From: a virus
Taxonomy: Duplodnaviria; Caudoviricetes
Length of the DNA stretch: 64,000 bases
Strand: one strand, 5' to 3'
IMG/VR virus record: IMGVR_UViG_3300027754_000037
Shown: piece by piece, positions 16,939 through 26,550 of the stretch
Layout of the letters: the number at the start of each line of letters is the position of its first letter
Position numbering within the stretch: position 1 is the first letter of the stretch
Translations under genes and position numbers: made by a program
Notes under the pieces: generated by a model
Databases searched by the model: none
Seen by the model: the letters and a program-made list of their open reading frames with translations, nothing else
What the model was told of the DNA's origin: nothing

Positions 16939-18432
16939 TTCGTGGAACATCCAACTGGTCTTTTTTCTATAAGCTCCGTAAATCGACTCCATGAAAGCCT
17001 CATCATCATCGTATTTTGTCCAACTTTTATCGGTTGGTGTTGTTTCAGGCGGTTCAAAAGCAGGAGCTTTAGGAGGTGTTACACCTGTGACATATTGTCT
17101 AAATAGGGCTTTTTCATGATCGGATAATTTTATCCATGTATAGCTTTTTCGGAGATCTATAAATTCTCCTAATTTACGAGGGTCTCTGAATTCTATTGTG
17201 CCATAGTTTATAGCCATACCATTTTCGGGTTCCTTACGAAGACTTTCATAAATTTCCCTAAGTTTATCGTCTGTTATATCGGGTACTGGCTGTTTTCCAC
17301 CTTCAGGTTGACCTTTGGGAGCCATTACACCTGTGACATATTGTCTGAATAGTGCATGTTGATCAGAACTCAGATTGCCCCAGACATTTGCTTTGTTTTC
17401 ATCGATGAACTTTTCGGCCTCTGGTGAAGTATCTTTGAGTACGATATTTTTATTGTTATATGTTGGTTGTTGGCCTTGTCTTACTTTCTCCCAAATATTT
17501 GCGAGCTCTGTTTCTGAAATGCTTTCAGGCGCAATTTCTCCTCCGGGTTGTTCTCCTCCGGGTTGTTCTGCGGGAGCTTGCTGTTGTTGTTGTTTAATGT
17601 TTTTAAGAGTAAATTTTATAAAATGTGCATATTTTGCGAAATCTCGATGAGGTGCGCTGCCGGAAAATTGCAAAGTTTTTTCCATAGCATCGATTTTTGC
17701 GAGCACATTATCGATTGATTTGCGTGCATTTTCTTGGTCGATTTGTGTGCCTTTTTCTTGCCAACCAGTATGAAAACCTTTATTGCCCATCCAACTCATA
17801 ACTCCAGAGCCTAATTGGCGTGCGTAGTCCCACAATCCTTCGTTGAGTTCTTTGCCTTGAAGATTTGCGATATAGAACTCATAAACTATTTCTGGGGACA
17901 TGCCAAATCTTGTAATATCTTTGAGTGTTTGGCGAATTTCATTCTTGATTTTTGCTTTGCTTGATACCGATTCAGGTAGATATGGGTTATTATGGACGGT
18001 GTGATCCTTAACCTCTTCTTTCTCAGCGCCGAAAATTTTGAGACTGTTGATCAGTCCCATGATTGTATCGTTGAATCTGGGGTTATTGATTTGTTGTTGG
18101 AGTGTAGACGACCTTTGAAATCTTGCTGAAAAATCGCTGAGTGCAGATTGAAGTTCCGAGGATGCTTTTTGGACATTATTTTGGCCGAATCCGAATAACT
18201 CAGAGAAAACATCGTTGGGATTGATATTCTTTTGTACAAAATGGAGTTGATGTTGAAGCCACTTTTGTGCAGATTCTTGGAGTTCATTTCTTTGCTGATA
18301 GTGGATTCCATTTGAGAAGTACCATTCAACAAATTTTTTGGGGCTTACGCCAGCTTGCTCCATGAGATCAAGACAATTTTGCAAATTTTTTATATGGTTT
18401 GTAAAACGAAGACTTTCAGAAAATGTTTTCAT
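16936..18432 (-). CDS. Modular repeat protein with capsid-targeting-like leader
   Basis: MKTFSESL; duplicated block ending ALFRQYVTGV; SD GAGG. Confidence 0.75.
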   Translation of the reverse strand: MKTFSESLRFTNHIKNLQNCLDLMEQAGVSPKKFVEWYFSNGIHYQQRNELQESAQKWLQHQLHFVQKNINPNDVFSELFGFGQNNVQKASSELQSALSDFSARFQRSSTLQQQINNPRFNDTIMGLINSLKIFGAEKEEVKDHTVHNNPYLPESVSSKAKIKNEIRQTLKDITRFGMSPEIVYEFYIANLQGKELNEGLWDYARQLGSGVMSWMGNKGFHTGWQEKGTQIDQENARKSIDNVLAKIDAMEKTLQFSGSAPHRDFAKYAHFIKFTLKNIKQQQQQAPAEQPGGEQPGGEIAPESISETELANIWEKVRQGQQPTYNNKNIVLKDTSPEAEKFIDENKANVWGNLSSDQHALFRQYVTGVMAPKGQPEGGKQPVPDITDDKLREIYESLRKEPENGMAINYGTIEFRDPRKLGEFIDLRKSYTWIKLSDHEKALFRQYVTGVTPPKAPAFEPPETTPTDKSWTKYDDDEAFMESIYGAYRKKTSWMFHE

Positions 18433-18534
18433 GCTTCCTCACCTAGAACTGTCGTTATTTTATATATTTAGTGAGGCTTAAAATAAAACACCCGTTCTTT
18501 GGGAACGGGTATTTTATTTAATTTTGAATTAAAC

Positions 18535-18768
18535 TTAGACGATCCAGTTTCCACCAGCGCCATTGCTGTAGTCGGTGGGATCTTCAGGAGTGTCGGTGAA
18601 AGCCTCTCCGTCGAGCAGTTCGAGGACCTTACGGCCACCGTCAGAGTCAACGGTCTCGAGGTAAGCGGTGCGTTGAATGGAAACGCCACTCACGACTGCT
18701 GTGTCGAGAGAGCCTTCGCTGGCCAGATTGACCAAAGAAGGGGTGAGTTGAATAGTGTAACTTGCCAT
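18535..18768 (-). CDS. Small acidic hypothetical protein
   Basis: MASYTIQLTP; SD AAGGA; CATATATA box upstream. Confidence 0.65.
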   Translation of the reverse strand: MASYTIQLTPSLVNLASEGSLDTAVVSGVSIQRTAYLETVDSDGGRKVLELLDGEAFTDTPEDPTDYSNGAGGNWIV

Positions 18769-18829
18769 GTTTGTGTTCCTTTTTGCAAAAAGATTTTAAC
18801 AGATTATATATGCTTATTATCTCAAATTC

Positions 18830-19378
18830 TTAACTAAGGGGTTTCAGAGTAAAATTAAATTGTCTTTCACCCGGTTTTTTCGCACTTGCATTCGTATACA
18901 GGGTCACGCAGACATTCTTGCTTACCGGATCAAATGCCACTATTTTCCAATCTGGACTGGTTAGCAGCATCCTACGGGGCATGATTTCCTCGTAGTAAAT
19001 CCAAGTCTTGTTATTTATGTACTTGTAGATATTATTATACATCAAATACTTTGCTGTTGATGTATTTTTGATTAATTTTACGGTTTTAATGGAAACATTA
19101 TTGACGATCATTTTAGTTTTATTGATATCAACGACTTCGCCTTGGTTTGTCAATTTGAAGGATGGCCTGAGGTATGAATCGGCGTAGCTCCATGCGTTAG
19201 AATCGACTTTTTCTTGTAAAACTTGATTATATGCTGCTGCTGCTATGGGGCTTAGATCTATGATTTTTCCCGTGTTTACTACGATAGTTTTACTGCGATC
19301 TAGTTTGGAATCCAGCATGGCCAAAAGTGTTTCTTTGGCAAGTTTTTCGTAGGTTGTACAAGGTTGTTTGTAAATCAT
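18830..19378 (-). CDS. Hypothetical protein
   Basis: 182-aa ORF. Confidence 0.6.
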   Translation of the reverse strand: MIYKQPCTTYEKLAKETLLAMLDSKLDRSKTIVVNTGKIIDLSPIAAAAYNQVLQEKVDSNAWSYADSYLRPSFKLTNQGEVVDINKTKMIVNNVSIKTVKLIKNTSTAKYLMYNNIYKYINNKTWIYYEEIMPRRMLLTSPDWKIVAFDPVSKNVCVTLYTNASAKKPGERQFNFTLKPLS

Positions 19379-19413
19379 AAGGTTTTTTCTCTACTACTAC
19401 AGGTATTTAGGCT

Positions 19414-19629
19414 ATGACCGAACAAAACGAAGACTGCTATTTTTGGGTTGACATTTCTCTGCCTGAGGCGGAGCGTGTCGTAAATGCCATGTGCGTCAAT
19501 TGTCATGACACCAATCCAACCAAGGGCTGGCTTTGGGAAGGATCGAATAGGGGTTACGGCCCCCACGAAATGACTTGTGATGTTTGTGGTCACATCATAT
19601 ATCAACCACCAGTTCTGAGGCCACAATGA
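19414..19629 (+). CDS. Small Zn-ribbon protein
   Basis: CVNC...CDVC pairs. Confidence 0.6.
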   Translation: MTEQNEDCYFWVDISLPEAERVVNAMCVNCHDTNPTKGWLWEGSNRGYGPHEMTCDVCGHIIYQPPVLRPQ

Positions 19630-20381
19630 AGCAATTGCGTCCCATCATAAAATTAAACAACGAGAAGTATGCCTTGCGTGATTGGATTTTGTCGCAATTT
19701 CCAGAAAATTACGAGGCAATGACATATGTCGAACCCTACGGTGGCAGCGCAGACATTCTTTTTTGCAAAAACAGGTCCACCACAGAAATCATCAATGATA
19801 GAGATGTAGAAATCGTCAATATTCTGCGAGCGGTCAGAGATGAATCCAGCGAATTAGTCAAAAGGTTGAGCGCTTTTAAAACTGTTGCAGATGTCTTTGA
19901 AAAAGTAAATAAAAAGAAGAATTTTGATGACTATCTGGACCACGCCACTCACGACCTATACCTAAGAAAAATCAGCAGAAATGGAAATAAAAGCCAATTT
20001 TCTAAACCGAGTAGTCCTACAATTTGGAAGAATAACATCAAATCAATTAATGATTATAGCATAAGATTGCAAGATGTTTATCTTTTTTGTAAACCTGCTT
20101 TAGAAGTTATCTATGCTTTTAACTGTGAGGACACATTTTTGTATTGTGATCCATCGTATTTGATAGACAACAAGGTATCGAAGACGGTTTACACATCAGA
20201 TATGCCACCTGAAGATCATATTGAGTTGAGCAGGTTTTTGAATGACTTTTCTGGCAAGGTTGTTTTAAGTGGTGTGATGTCACCTTTATACGCCAGACTT
20301 TACAAGAATTGGAACATGTCGAAGAAGCGTATTGCGACAGGCAAAGAGAAAAGAACAGAGATTATCTGGAAGAATTTTTAG
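19626..20381 (+). CDS. Dam-like (D12 class) DNA adenine methyltransferase
   Basis: YVEPYGGSA, EIINDRD, LYCDPSY and TEIIWKNF; ATG overlaps the upstream stop. Confidence 0.8.
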   Translation: MKQLRPIIKLNNEKYALRDWILSQFPENYEAMTYVEPYGGSADILFCKNRSTTEIINDRDVEIVNILRAVRDESSELVKRLSAFKTVADVFEKVNKKKNFDDYLDHATHDLYLRKISRNGNKSQFSKPSSPTIWKNNIKSINDYSIRLQDVYLFCKPALEVIYAFNCEDTFLYCDPSYLIDNKVSKTVYTSDMPPEDHIELSRFLNDFSGKVVLSGVMSPLYARLYKNWNMSKKRIATGKEKRTEIIWKNF

Positions 20382-20393
20382 TCGCCCAACTTG

Positions 20394-20401
20394 CATAGAT
20401 A
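20394..20401 (+). promoter_or_regulatory. Putative late promoter box CATAGATA
   Basis: Box followed by SD GGGAGG and ATG at 20426. Confidence 0.45.
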
Positions 20402-20447
20402 AATCTCACAAAAAGTGGGAGGTCGATGCGTGTTAAGTTTTTTTCAA

Positions 20448-20990
20448 ATGTGCGAAGTTTTAGAAAACTACATCGGCTACACAATTTACTGTGATTTAGA
20501 TGGAGTATTGGTCGATCTAGAAAGAGGCGTAAGAGAAAATCTTGGCATGGGAAGTCCCATGAGTAGACTTGAGATGGTGAGATCTTTGGCGAGGATGAGG
20601 CGCAATAGTGATGAAGAGTTGGTGGAATTTTTCGCAAATTTGCCTTGGACTGAGGATGGGGAAAGATTATGGACATATCTAACGCCTTACGAGCCTTTGA
20701 TTTTGACAGGCGGAGCGGAAGAAGCCAATGCGATTGGAGCAGGCAAAAACAGATGGGTACAGAGAAATCTTGGAATATCTGCAAGTAAAATTATTCACGA
20801 GAGTAACAAATCTAAGTTTGCGGGTCCAAATAAAATTATAATTGATGATTATGACAAGAATGCCCGAGATTTCACTTCTGCTGGTGGCATAGGAATTTTA
20901 CATACCAATACAGGTAACACGATTTCGCAGCTTAAAAACATTATTGTTGGTCAAATAAAGCCTAATCTTAGTGTGAGGGGGTTATCATGA
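20448..20990 (+). CDS. HAD-superfamily 5'(3')-nucleotidase-like phosphatase (start uncertain)
   Basis: IYCDLDGVLVD, LILTG, GK..W and IIIDD motifs. Confidence 0.8.
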   Translation: MCEVLENYIGYTIYCDLDGVLVDLERGVRENLGMGSPMSRLEMVRSLARMRRNSDEELVEFFANLPWTEDGERLWTYLTPYEPLILTGGAEEANAIGAGKNRWVQRNLGISASKIIHESNKSKFAGPNKIIIDDYDKNARDFTSAGGIGILHTNTGNTISQLKNIIVGQIKPNLSVRGLS

Positions 20991-21205
20991 AGTGTGACAT
21001 GCCGGACTGTTGTAACGATTTTGTTAAAACTTATAAATTACATGGAATTTATGCGGGAGTGGCGCAAAAAGTCGAAGTGTATTTTTGCAATAATCACAAG
21101 ATCAATGAAATCAACAAAAGAATTGATGAAATATGCGATAACAAGATTTGTACTTTGCAGAATGTGAATCCATTTAAAGATGTGAAAATGCACATCAATT
21201 CATAG
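20987..21205 (+). CDS. Small Cys-containing hypothetical protein
   Basis: 72-aa ORF coupled to the upstream stop. Confidence 0.5.
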   Translation: MKCDMPDCCNDFVKTYKLHGIYAGVAQKVEVYFCNNHKINEINKRIDEICDNKICTLQNVNPFKDVKMHINS

Positions 21206-21208
21206 ATA
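21201..21208 (+). promoter_or_regulatory. Putative late promoter box CATAGATA, 4 nt before ATG
   Basis: CATAGATA-AAGC-ATG. Confidence 0.6.
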
Positions 21209-21212
21209 AAGC

Positions 21213-21419
21213 ATGAGGTCTTTTAAAGAATATCTATCAGACAAGCTTTCACATGACCAGCCTCCTAGTGCTGGCGATTTGGGAGACAATCACTCCAATG
21301 CTGACAGGAATTTTGGTCGTAGTGGCGCTAAGTCGAAGAATGTGATGTCCGGGGGGTCTAAGTCGATTAGTGATTTGAATCCAGATCGTTTATTTGGCAA
21401 AAAAAGGTTTAAAAAATGA
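21213..21419 (+). CDS. Small protein with capsid-targeting-like leader
   Basis: MRSFKEYL; basic C-terminus. Confidence 0.65.
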   Translation: MRSFKEYLSDKLSHDQPPSAGDLGDNHSNADRNFGRSGAKSKNVMSGGSKSISDLNPDRLFGKKRFKK

Positions 21420-21721
21420 ATTTTCAAAGATTGTGGGAAAACATGAAGTTGGGGGAAGAGAAAAAGCAGTCTCCCGATGACAAGGCCATGTCTGCAATCA
21501 GAACTGGTTTGGGTTTGCGTGAAGACTTTTGGGATGATTTCAATCTGATTGTGAATAACGCAGAGGGGTTATCAGCCCTGTTGGACATACCTGTGGAGAA
21601 GATATCCACATGGCGCAGCAAAGTTGAAGAGGTTCTTGACAAGGTTCGTGAGGCAGATGGCCAAAGCGAAGTGGGCAAGAACAAGAAAATTGTTAAAACT
21701 GGAATATCGGTGGGAGAATAA
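21416..21721 (+). CDS. Hypothetical protein
   Basis: Coupled 101-aa ORF starting MNFQRLWE. Confidence 0.7.
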   Translation: MNFQRLWENMKLGEEKKQSPDDKAMSAIRTGLGLREDFWDDFNLIVNNAEGLSALLDIPVEKISTWRSKVEEVLDKVREADGQSEVGKNKKIVKTGISVGE

Positions 21722-22104
21722 TGAAAAATTTCCTTGAATTTATGCAGATGAAAGAAGACGATAACCAATCCCAAATTGCACCGGGGGGTCAAACTCCCTT
21801 GGGTCACGCATCTGGCGCTGGAGCACTACCTCAGACTGCTCCCGGTTCTCAACACGAGGAAAAAATCATAGAGGAATTGGGCAATTCTTTGCGCCGTGTT
21901 CTGGAAGAGAAATTATTTCCAGCTTTGGAAAAAAGCCATTTAAGCAAGACTAGTGCCATGAAACTGCTGCAAACAATAGTGAGTGAGGTTGCCAACAAGT
22001 TTGGATTGAGCGCATCGGCAGTTCAACAGACAGGCAAGAATGCTATGACTACGAATTCTGAGCCTCGGATGCCTGCTCCGAATCAACCAACGGCTGCTGG
22101 CTGA
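21721..22104 (+). CDS. Protein with capsid-targeting-like leader
   Basis: MKNFLEFMQMKE; SD GGGAG. Confidence 0.7.
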   Translation: MKNFLEFMQMKEDDNQSQIAPGGQTPLGHASGAGALPQTAPGSQHEEKIIEELGNSLRRVLEEKLFPALEKSHLSKTSAMKLLQTIVSEVANKFGLSASAVQQTGKNAMTTNSEPRMPAPNQPTAAG

Positions 22105-22840
22105 GAAAATCCTTGATTTCTTCGTAATTGGCTATTTTTTGATATAGATTTTCATCATTGAGTTTATTGCTTGGACCCATGATGTCCTCAAGATGTTGCC
22201 AATTAATTATTTTGCAATTTAGGAAATCAAATATTCTTTGTATTTCTGCTTTCCAATTATCTGAATATAAGTCCTCGTAATAGACTTGGATGCCATTTTT
22301 GATTTTATCTTCGTAAATTTTTATGAGTTCAAAATTTTTTTTTGTGATTTCTAGGTTGACAAGAGGAACTGAACCCATTCTTTCGTACAAAAGCTGTAAG
22401 TCTCTATCTCTGTTGTCTTGTCTGATTGAGCCATTTTTATTTCTTTTTGTGGCGTGCCAAATTTCACTAATTTTAGCAACATGGAATGATAGGGCAGCAA
22501 GAGCTAAATCTTTTCTGGTGAGAAAAATTACAGGGTATTTTTCAAGAATTATTTCATTATTGATTTGACTCAATTGCAAGAAAATATGTTTAAAAACTTG
22601 GCATTTTTGAAAAATTTGATTGAAAACTTCAGTTGGTTTTTCAGTTTGGATTAATTTTGTGAATATGTTATCGAATTTGTCATCGTTATTTAAACAATTA
22701 GCACGATTGAATGGTTCATCGAATACTGATATTCCCTGTGATCTAAGTGCTTCTAGAAGACTTCTGCTCCCTGCCCTGTAATGTGTAAAAATAACAAAAT
22801 TTTTACGATTTACATATAACATAATTGTTTGTCGATCCAT
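22049..22840 (-). CDS. Stf0-like sulfotransferase
   Basis: FVIFTHYRAGSRSL (PAPS-binding loop), DEPFN, IFLTRKDL and VYYEDL. Confidence 0.7.
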   Translation of the reverse strand: MDRQTIMLYVNRKNFVIFTHYRAGSRSLLEALRSQGISVFDEPFNRANCLNNDDKFDNIFTKLIQTEKPTEVFNQIFQKCQVFKHIFLQLSQINNEIILEKYPVIFLTRKDLALAALSFHVAKISEIWHATKRNKNGSIRQDNRDRDLQLLYERMGSVPLVNLEITKKNFELIKIYEDKIKNGIQVYYEDLYSDNWKAEIQRIFDFLNCKIINWQHLEDIMGPSNKLNDENLYQKIANYEEIKDFLSQQPLVDSEQASEAQNS

Positions 22841-22882
22841 TTAAACATGCCACAATCATATATAACTAAACATGGAGGTTTT

Positions 22883-23302
22883 ATGCAAAAATCATTGACA
22901 ACAGATGAAGTGCAGGAAGTTTTAAAAAGATTACAGAATTTTTTAGAAGATGCCAAGGGGCAATGGGCGACTGAAAATCCAACATCTAGCTCTTGGGTTC
23001 AGATCAACAAAACCAACTTGGTGAATGTGACTGTCTTTTTGCTGAATAAGACTGACGATTTGATTCAGTATGTTGAAACATTTATTTCATATGGCCCTGA
23101 CAAGAAAGCTGCGGCTCTTCTTATTCTTGCCAAATTATTCGATTCAATAGCAGGTTCTGCTTTTCCTATTTGGATCAAACCTTTTGTACCTACTATCAAA
23201 CAAATATTGATCAATATTGTTCTGGGCAATTTGATTGACTTTATCGTTTCCAAGTACAAGGGTGGTTTTTGGAAAATGGAGCAAAATGACGCAACAAAAT
23301 AA
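22883..23302 (+). CDS. Hydrophobic/amphipathic hypothetical protein
   Basis: SD GGAGG before ATG 22883; hydrophobic helices in the C-terminal half. Confidence 0.65.
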   Translation: MQKSLTTDEVQEVLKRLQNFLEDAKGQWATENPTSSSWVQINKTNLVNVTVFLLNKTDDLIQYVETFISYGPDKKAAALLILAKLFDSIAGSAFPIWIKPFVPTIKQILINIVLGNLIDFIVSKYKGGFWKMEQNDATK

Positions 23303-24236
23303 CACCATAGGGCTTTTGCCTTTTATTCGTGAAGATGTCTTGAGTGTTCAAGATGTTCAGCAAAAATCTGGATGGGAGATCACGGCGTTTGATCTACCTA
23401 ACGCTTGGAATTTCACCGAGGGCGAAGGCGTTAAGGTTGCAGTTCTTGATACTGGAGCGGATTTAAATCATCCCGATTTGAAAGACAATTTGCTTCCGGG
23501 GAAGAACTTTGTCGATACGAATAATCCACCGCAAGATGATAACGGCCACGGCAGTCATGTATCGGGAATTATTTGTGCACTTAACAATGATTTAGGAATT
23601 GTTGGCGTTGCTCCTAAGGCTAAAGTCGTGCCTGTTAAAGTATTGGACAGCAACGGAAACGGGACCTTACAAACAGTAGCTGCGGGCATTCGTTGGGCTG
23701 CTGATGCTGGAGTTGATTTTATCACGATGTCTTTAGGATCTCCCGAACCGACTCCTTCGATACATAGTGCGATTGTTTATGCTGCATCCAAGGGAATTGT
23801 GACATTTTGCGCTGCTGGCAACGCTGGCCAGACTAGACAAATTTTTTATCCCGCAGCTTATCCAGAAGCTGTTGGTATTGGAGCGATTGATGAAAATTTT
23901 AATCGTGCGAATTTTTCATGTACTGGCCCCGACCTAGACTTCTTGGCTCCCGGTGTGAAAATTTTGAGCACAGTTCCCGTCAATTGGTACTCTGTATTGT
24001 CTGGTACGAGCATGGCGAATCCATTTGCGGTGGGCATTGCATGTTTGATGCTTTCTCACAAGCGCAAGCACAATTTGAAAATTAAGCTTGAAACAGCACA
24101 AGATTATATCGAAATGCTAAAAAGCTACACGATTCCCACCAGCGATCCTGAATTTGCTGGAAAACACTTCTTTGAGGGTTTTGGAATTATTGATGCACGC
24201 AAAATGAATGAGTGGATCAAAACCAACAAAGACTGA
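23286..24236 (+). CDS. Subtilisin-like S8 serine protease
   Basis: Catalytic triad motifs VLDTG, HGSHVSG and SGTSMA; oxyanion AAGN. Confidence 0.95.
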   Translation: MTQQNNTIGLLPFIREDVLSVQDVQQKSGWEITAFDLPNAWNFTEGEGVKVAVLDTGADLNHPDLKDNLLPGKNFVDTNNPPQDDNGHGSHVSGIICALNNDLGIVGVAPKAKVVPVKVLDSNGNGTLQTVAAGIRWAADAGVDFITMSLGSPEPTPSIHSAIVYAASKGIVTFCAAGNAGQTRQIFYPAAYPEAVGIGAIDENFNRANFSCTGPDLDFLAPGVKILSTVPVNWYSVLSGTSMANPFAVGIACLMLSHKRKHNLKIKLETAQDYIEMLKSYTIPTSDPEFAGKHFFEGFGIIDARKMNEWIKTNKD

Positions 24237-24254
24237 TTTTGTTCCCAAGGGAAA

Positions 24255-24788
24255 TTAAATTTCGTAGTTTCCCTTGGGGTTTTCCAATTCTTGGATCATT
24301 TTTTTAAGTTCAGCAGCAACTTCGTAGTTTTCAACAGCTACGACTTTTTTAATTTTTTCTCTTAATTTTCTGATTTTTTCCACGGTTGCCTCATTAAGAA
24401 CTGTGCATCCCCAAGTGTTCGGCTTTTTTCCGATATGTTTAACACCATCTTGGCAACGATAAAAAAGATCAATTGCCAGATTTTCAAATGTCGAATAGCA
24501 ATTTGCGCATCCAAATCTAGAATTTTCAATGATTTTTTTATAATTGATGCCACAAGTGCATTTTTTGGTATAAATATCCGTATCCAAGTTGGCTATCTTG
24601 TCAATCAAATTGATTAATGAATCAATATTTGGTGTAGTGGGAATCTTGATAAGTGACAATTTTTGTGAATATTCAATTCCACACTCATCACAGAGTTGTA
24701 AATCAATTATTTGTTCTTTTTTAATATCAGTAACATTAATGCTTTTGTGTTTCGAGCATGCTTTGCCAGACAGAGGGCATTTATCCAC
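24255..24788 (-). CDS. mcsA: McsA-like Zn-finger/UVR-domain protein
   Basis: LCDEC, RFGCANCYSTF, HIGKKP and C-terminal UVR ENYEVAAELKKMI; SD GAGG then GTG. Confidence 0.85.
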   Translation of the reverse strand: MDKCPLSGKACSKHKSINVTDIKKEQIIDLQLCDECGIEYSQKLSLIKIPTTPNIDSLINLIDKIANLDTDIYTKKCTCGINYKKIIENSRFGCANCYSTFENLAIDLFYRCQDGVKHIGKKPNTWGCTVLNEATVEKIRKLREKIKKVVAVENYEVAAELKKMIQELENPKGNYEI

Positions 24789-24792
24789 AGTA

Positions 24793-25626
24793 TCAATCCT
24801 CAAAAAGTGTTCCTGCGACTCTCAGGATAAATCCATCTGTTTCGATTGCGCCAGAACCAGCGGGAATGGTTCTTCTAATCCAAATCGGAATAATATCCAA
24901 ACCTTTCATTTCACCAAGCACCGCATCGGTTGCATCGAATGTTACATTGTTTGGTGCTGTTGTGTCTATATCAATTGAATCGGCTTCGCTGTTTACTGGA
25001 GAGCCATTACTGGTTTTTTGTACTGTAGCCGTGGGTTGTGGATTTGATGGATTTGAAAGTGTAATGTTAAGAGTTTCCATGATATCGTGAAATCTATTAC
25101 CAGCTTTGGTTACAAAGTCTACTTGGAAAGTCAAGGGGTTGCCGGGAATTTGACTGCCTGTAACTGTCACATTTCCTGCTCCTAATGCACTTTCCATACC
25201 GCTCAATACTGAAGCTGTCATGTTCGTGATAGTGTCTGCGTTTACCGTGAAGGTGCTGTTGCCTTGTGCATTTGTGTATTTGACATCAAAACTTCCGGTT
25301 GTAGTTCCTTCTGTAAAATTGCCGACAAAAATATATTGCCTTTCGTTTTGAAAAATAAACCCGAAATCTACAGTCACATCCCCCGGCGCATCGTAATACA
25401 TGGAAACTGTAGTTGCAAATAAAGAATCTGATGCATTTTCGTTTACCAAGTAAACGCAACGATAGTCTACTCTGCCAACTAATGCTTGATTAGCGGACAC
25501 ATTGTTAAATAGATTTGTGCCAATTACATACTGGAGAGATGGCGTTCCTCCAATTGATAGTTGAGGTGAAGTCGGACTTCCGTCGCCGCTGTACACATAT
25601 CTAATTTTTGTTTTGTCGATTGGCAT
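24793..25626 (-). CDS. Putative virion structural protein
   Basis: NLFNNVS...VDYRCVYLVN; T/G/N-rich beta composition; late box plus SD. Confidence 0.65.
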   Translation of the reverse strand: MPIDKTKIRYVYSGDGSPTSPQLSIGGTPSLQYVIGTNLFNNVSANQALVGRVDYRCVYLVNENASDSLFATTVSMYYDAPGDVTVDFGFIFQNERQYIFVGNFTEGTTTGSFDVKYTNAQGNSTFTVNADTITNMTASVLSGMESALGAGNVTVTGSQIPGNPLTFQVDFVTKAGNRFHDIMETLNITLSNPSNPQPTATVQKTSNGSPVNSEADSIDIDTTAPNNVTFDATDAVLGEMKGLDIIPIWIRRTIPAGSGAIETDGFILRVAGTLFED

Positions 25627-25642
25627 AATTTACCTCGGAAAA

Positions 25643-25650
25643 TATCTATG
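25643..25650 (-). promoter_or_regulatory. Putative late promoter box CATAGATA
   Basis: Box, then SD GAGG, then ATG 25626. Confidence 0.55.
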
Positions 25651-25651
25651 T

Positions 25652-25680
25652 TTGACTCTTATAAGTTAGAAATATAAAAT
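25652..25680 (+). promoter_or_regulatory. sigma70-like promoter for the amidoligase pair
   Basis: TTGACT-N17-TAAAAT. Confidence 0.7.
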
Positions 25681-25713
25681 TAATTGTTGCGTTTATTTAA
25701 ATAACGAGGCGAA

Positions 25714-26550
25714 ATGCGAACTACAGCAAAACATGCTGGTGTGATGGATTTTCCTCGTGCGAAAGCATACAAGCGTCATATTGTCTGGAAGGCAAGTGAA
25801 GCTACGCCTTCTTTCTTGCAGATCTACACCAAAGGTTTAGAATACGCTCTGGTTTCAGACAATTACGAGCAAGTCCATGAATTCGTTTTATGCAAGGATT
25901 TCTTGCACGATGTGATATTTTCTTGTACAAACAACTTGCCGTTTCAAATTTACAAATTTTCATATAGTCCTGATTTATCACCAAAATGCAGCTTTAAGAA
26001 GTTAAAACTTTTAGTTACGAATTCTCAGGACAAAAAGTTTTCATCTAAAGTTAAAACTGCTTTGGAATTTATAAATCAATTTGAAGATATGCTTAAAATG
26101 CCTCGCAGCAGGTTTCGAGAGTGTTCTAATCTACCGGCAAAGTATGGACACTCTGGAATTTACTTGTTTGAAGCTCATCGAAGGTGGTTACAGGCACCTC
26201 CTTTGATTTCTCTTTATACGCTTTTGTTGCGGATAGGTTTTGTTCATGTGAGTGGCGAAAATTTCTGGTGTACTATTGAAAAAGTCAACAACAAATTAGT
26301 GAGTCCCTATCAAAAAAAAGATGCCAAGTGGTTGCGGGTTGTAGATTCTGCAATTCGCAAAATTGCAAAATACGGTGACAGGAAAATATTTTACAAAGAT
26401 ATTTCTTACAATTATCCCAGAAATTTGCATATGGAAACCGTGCATAATCGTCTGGGTATATTGAATTTTTCACACGACATGATTTGTGCTGAAAAAGGTC
26501 AACATGTAATCATGCAGTATTGGCATCGTTCAATTAAGGGGGCTTTATGA
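25714..26550 (+). CDS. Hypothetical protein coupled to amidoligase
   Basis: 278-aa ORF; SD GAGG; stop overlaps the next start. Confidence 0.75.
   Translation: MRTTAKHAGVMDFPRAKAYKRHIVWKASEATPSFLQIYTKGLEYALVSDNYEQVHEFVLCKDFLHDVIFSCTNNLPFQIYKFSYSPDLSPKCSFKKLKLLVTNSQDKKFSSKVKTALEFINQFEDMLKMPRSRFRECSNLPAKYGHSGIYLFEAHRRWLQAPPLISLYTLLLRIGFVHVSGENFWCTIEKVNNKLVSPYQKKDAKWLRVVDSAIRKIAKYGDRKIFYKDISYNYPRNLHMETVHNRLGILNFSHDMICAEKGQHVIMQYWHRSIKGAL

Noticed and set aside
18499-18837. Plus-strand 112-aa ORF
   Set aside because: Overlapping minus-strand 77-aa ORF has the SD, late box and more natural composition
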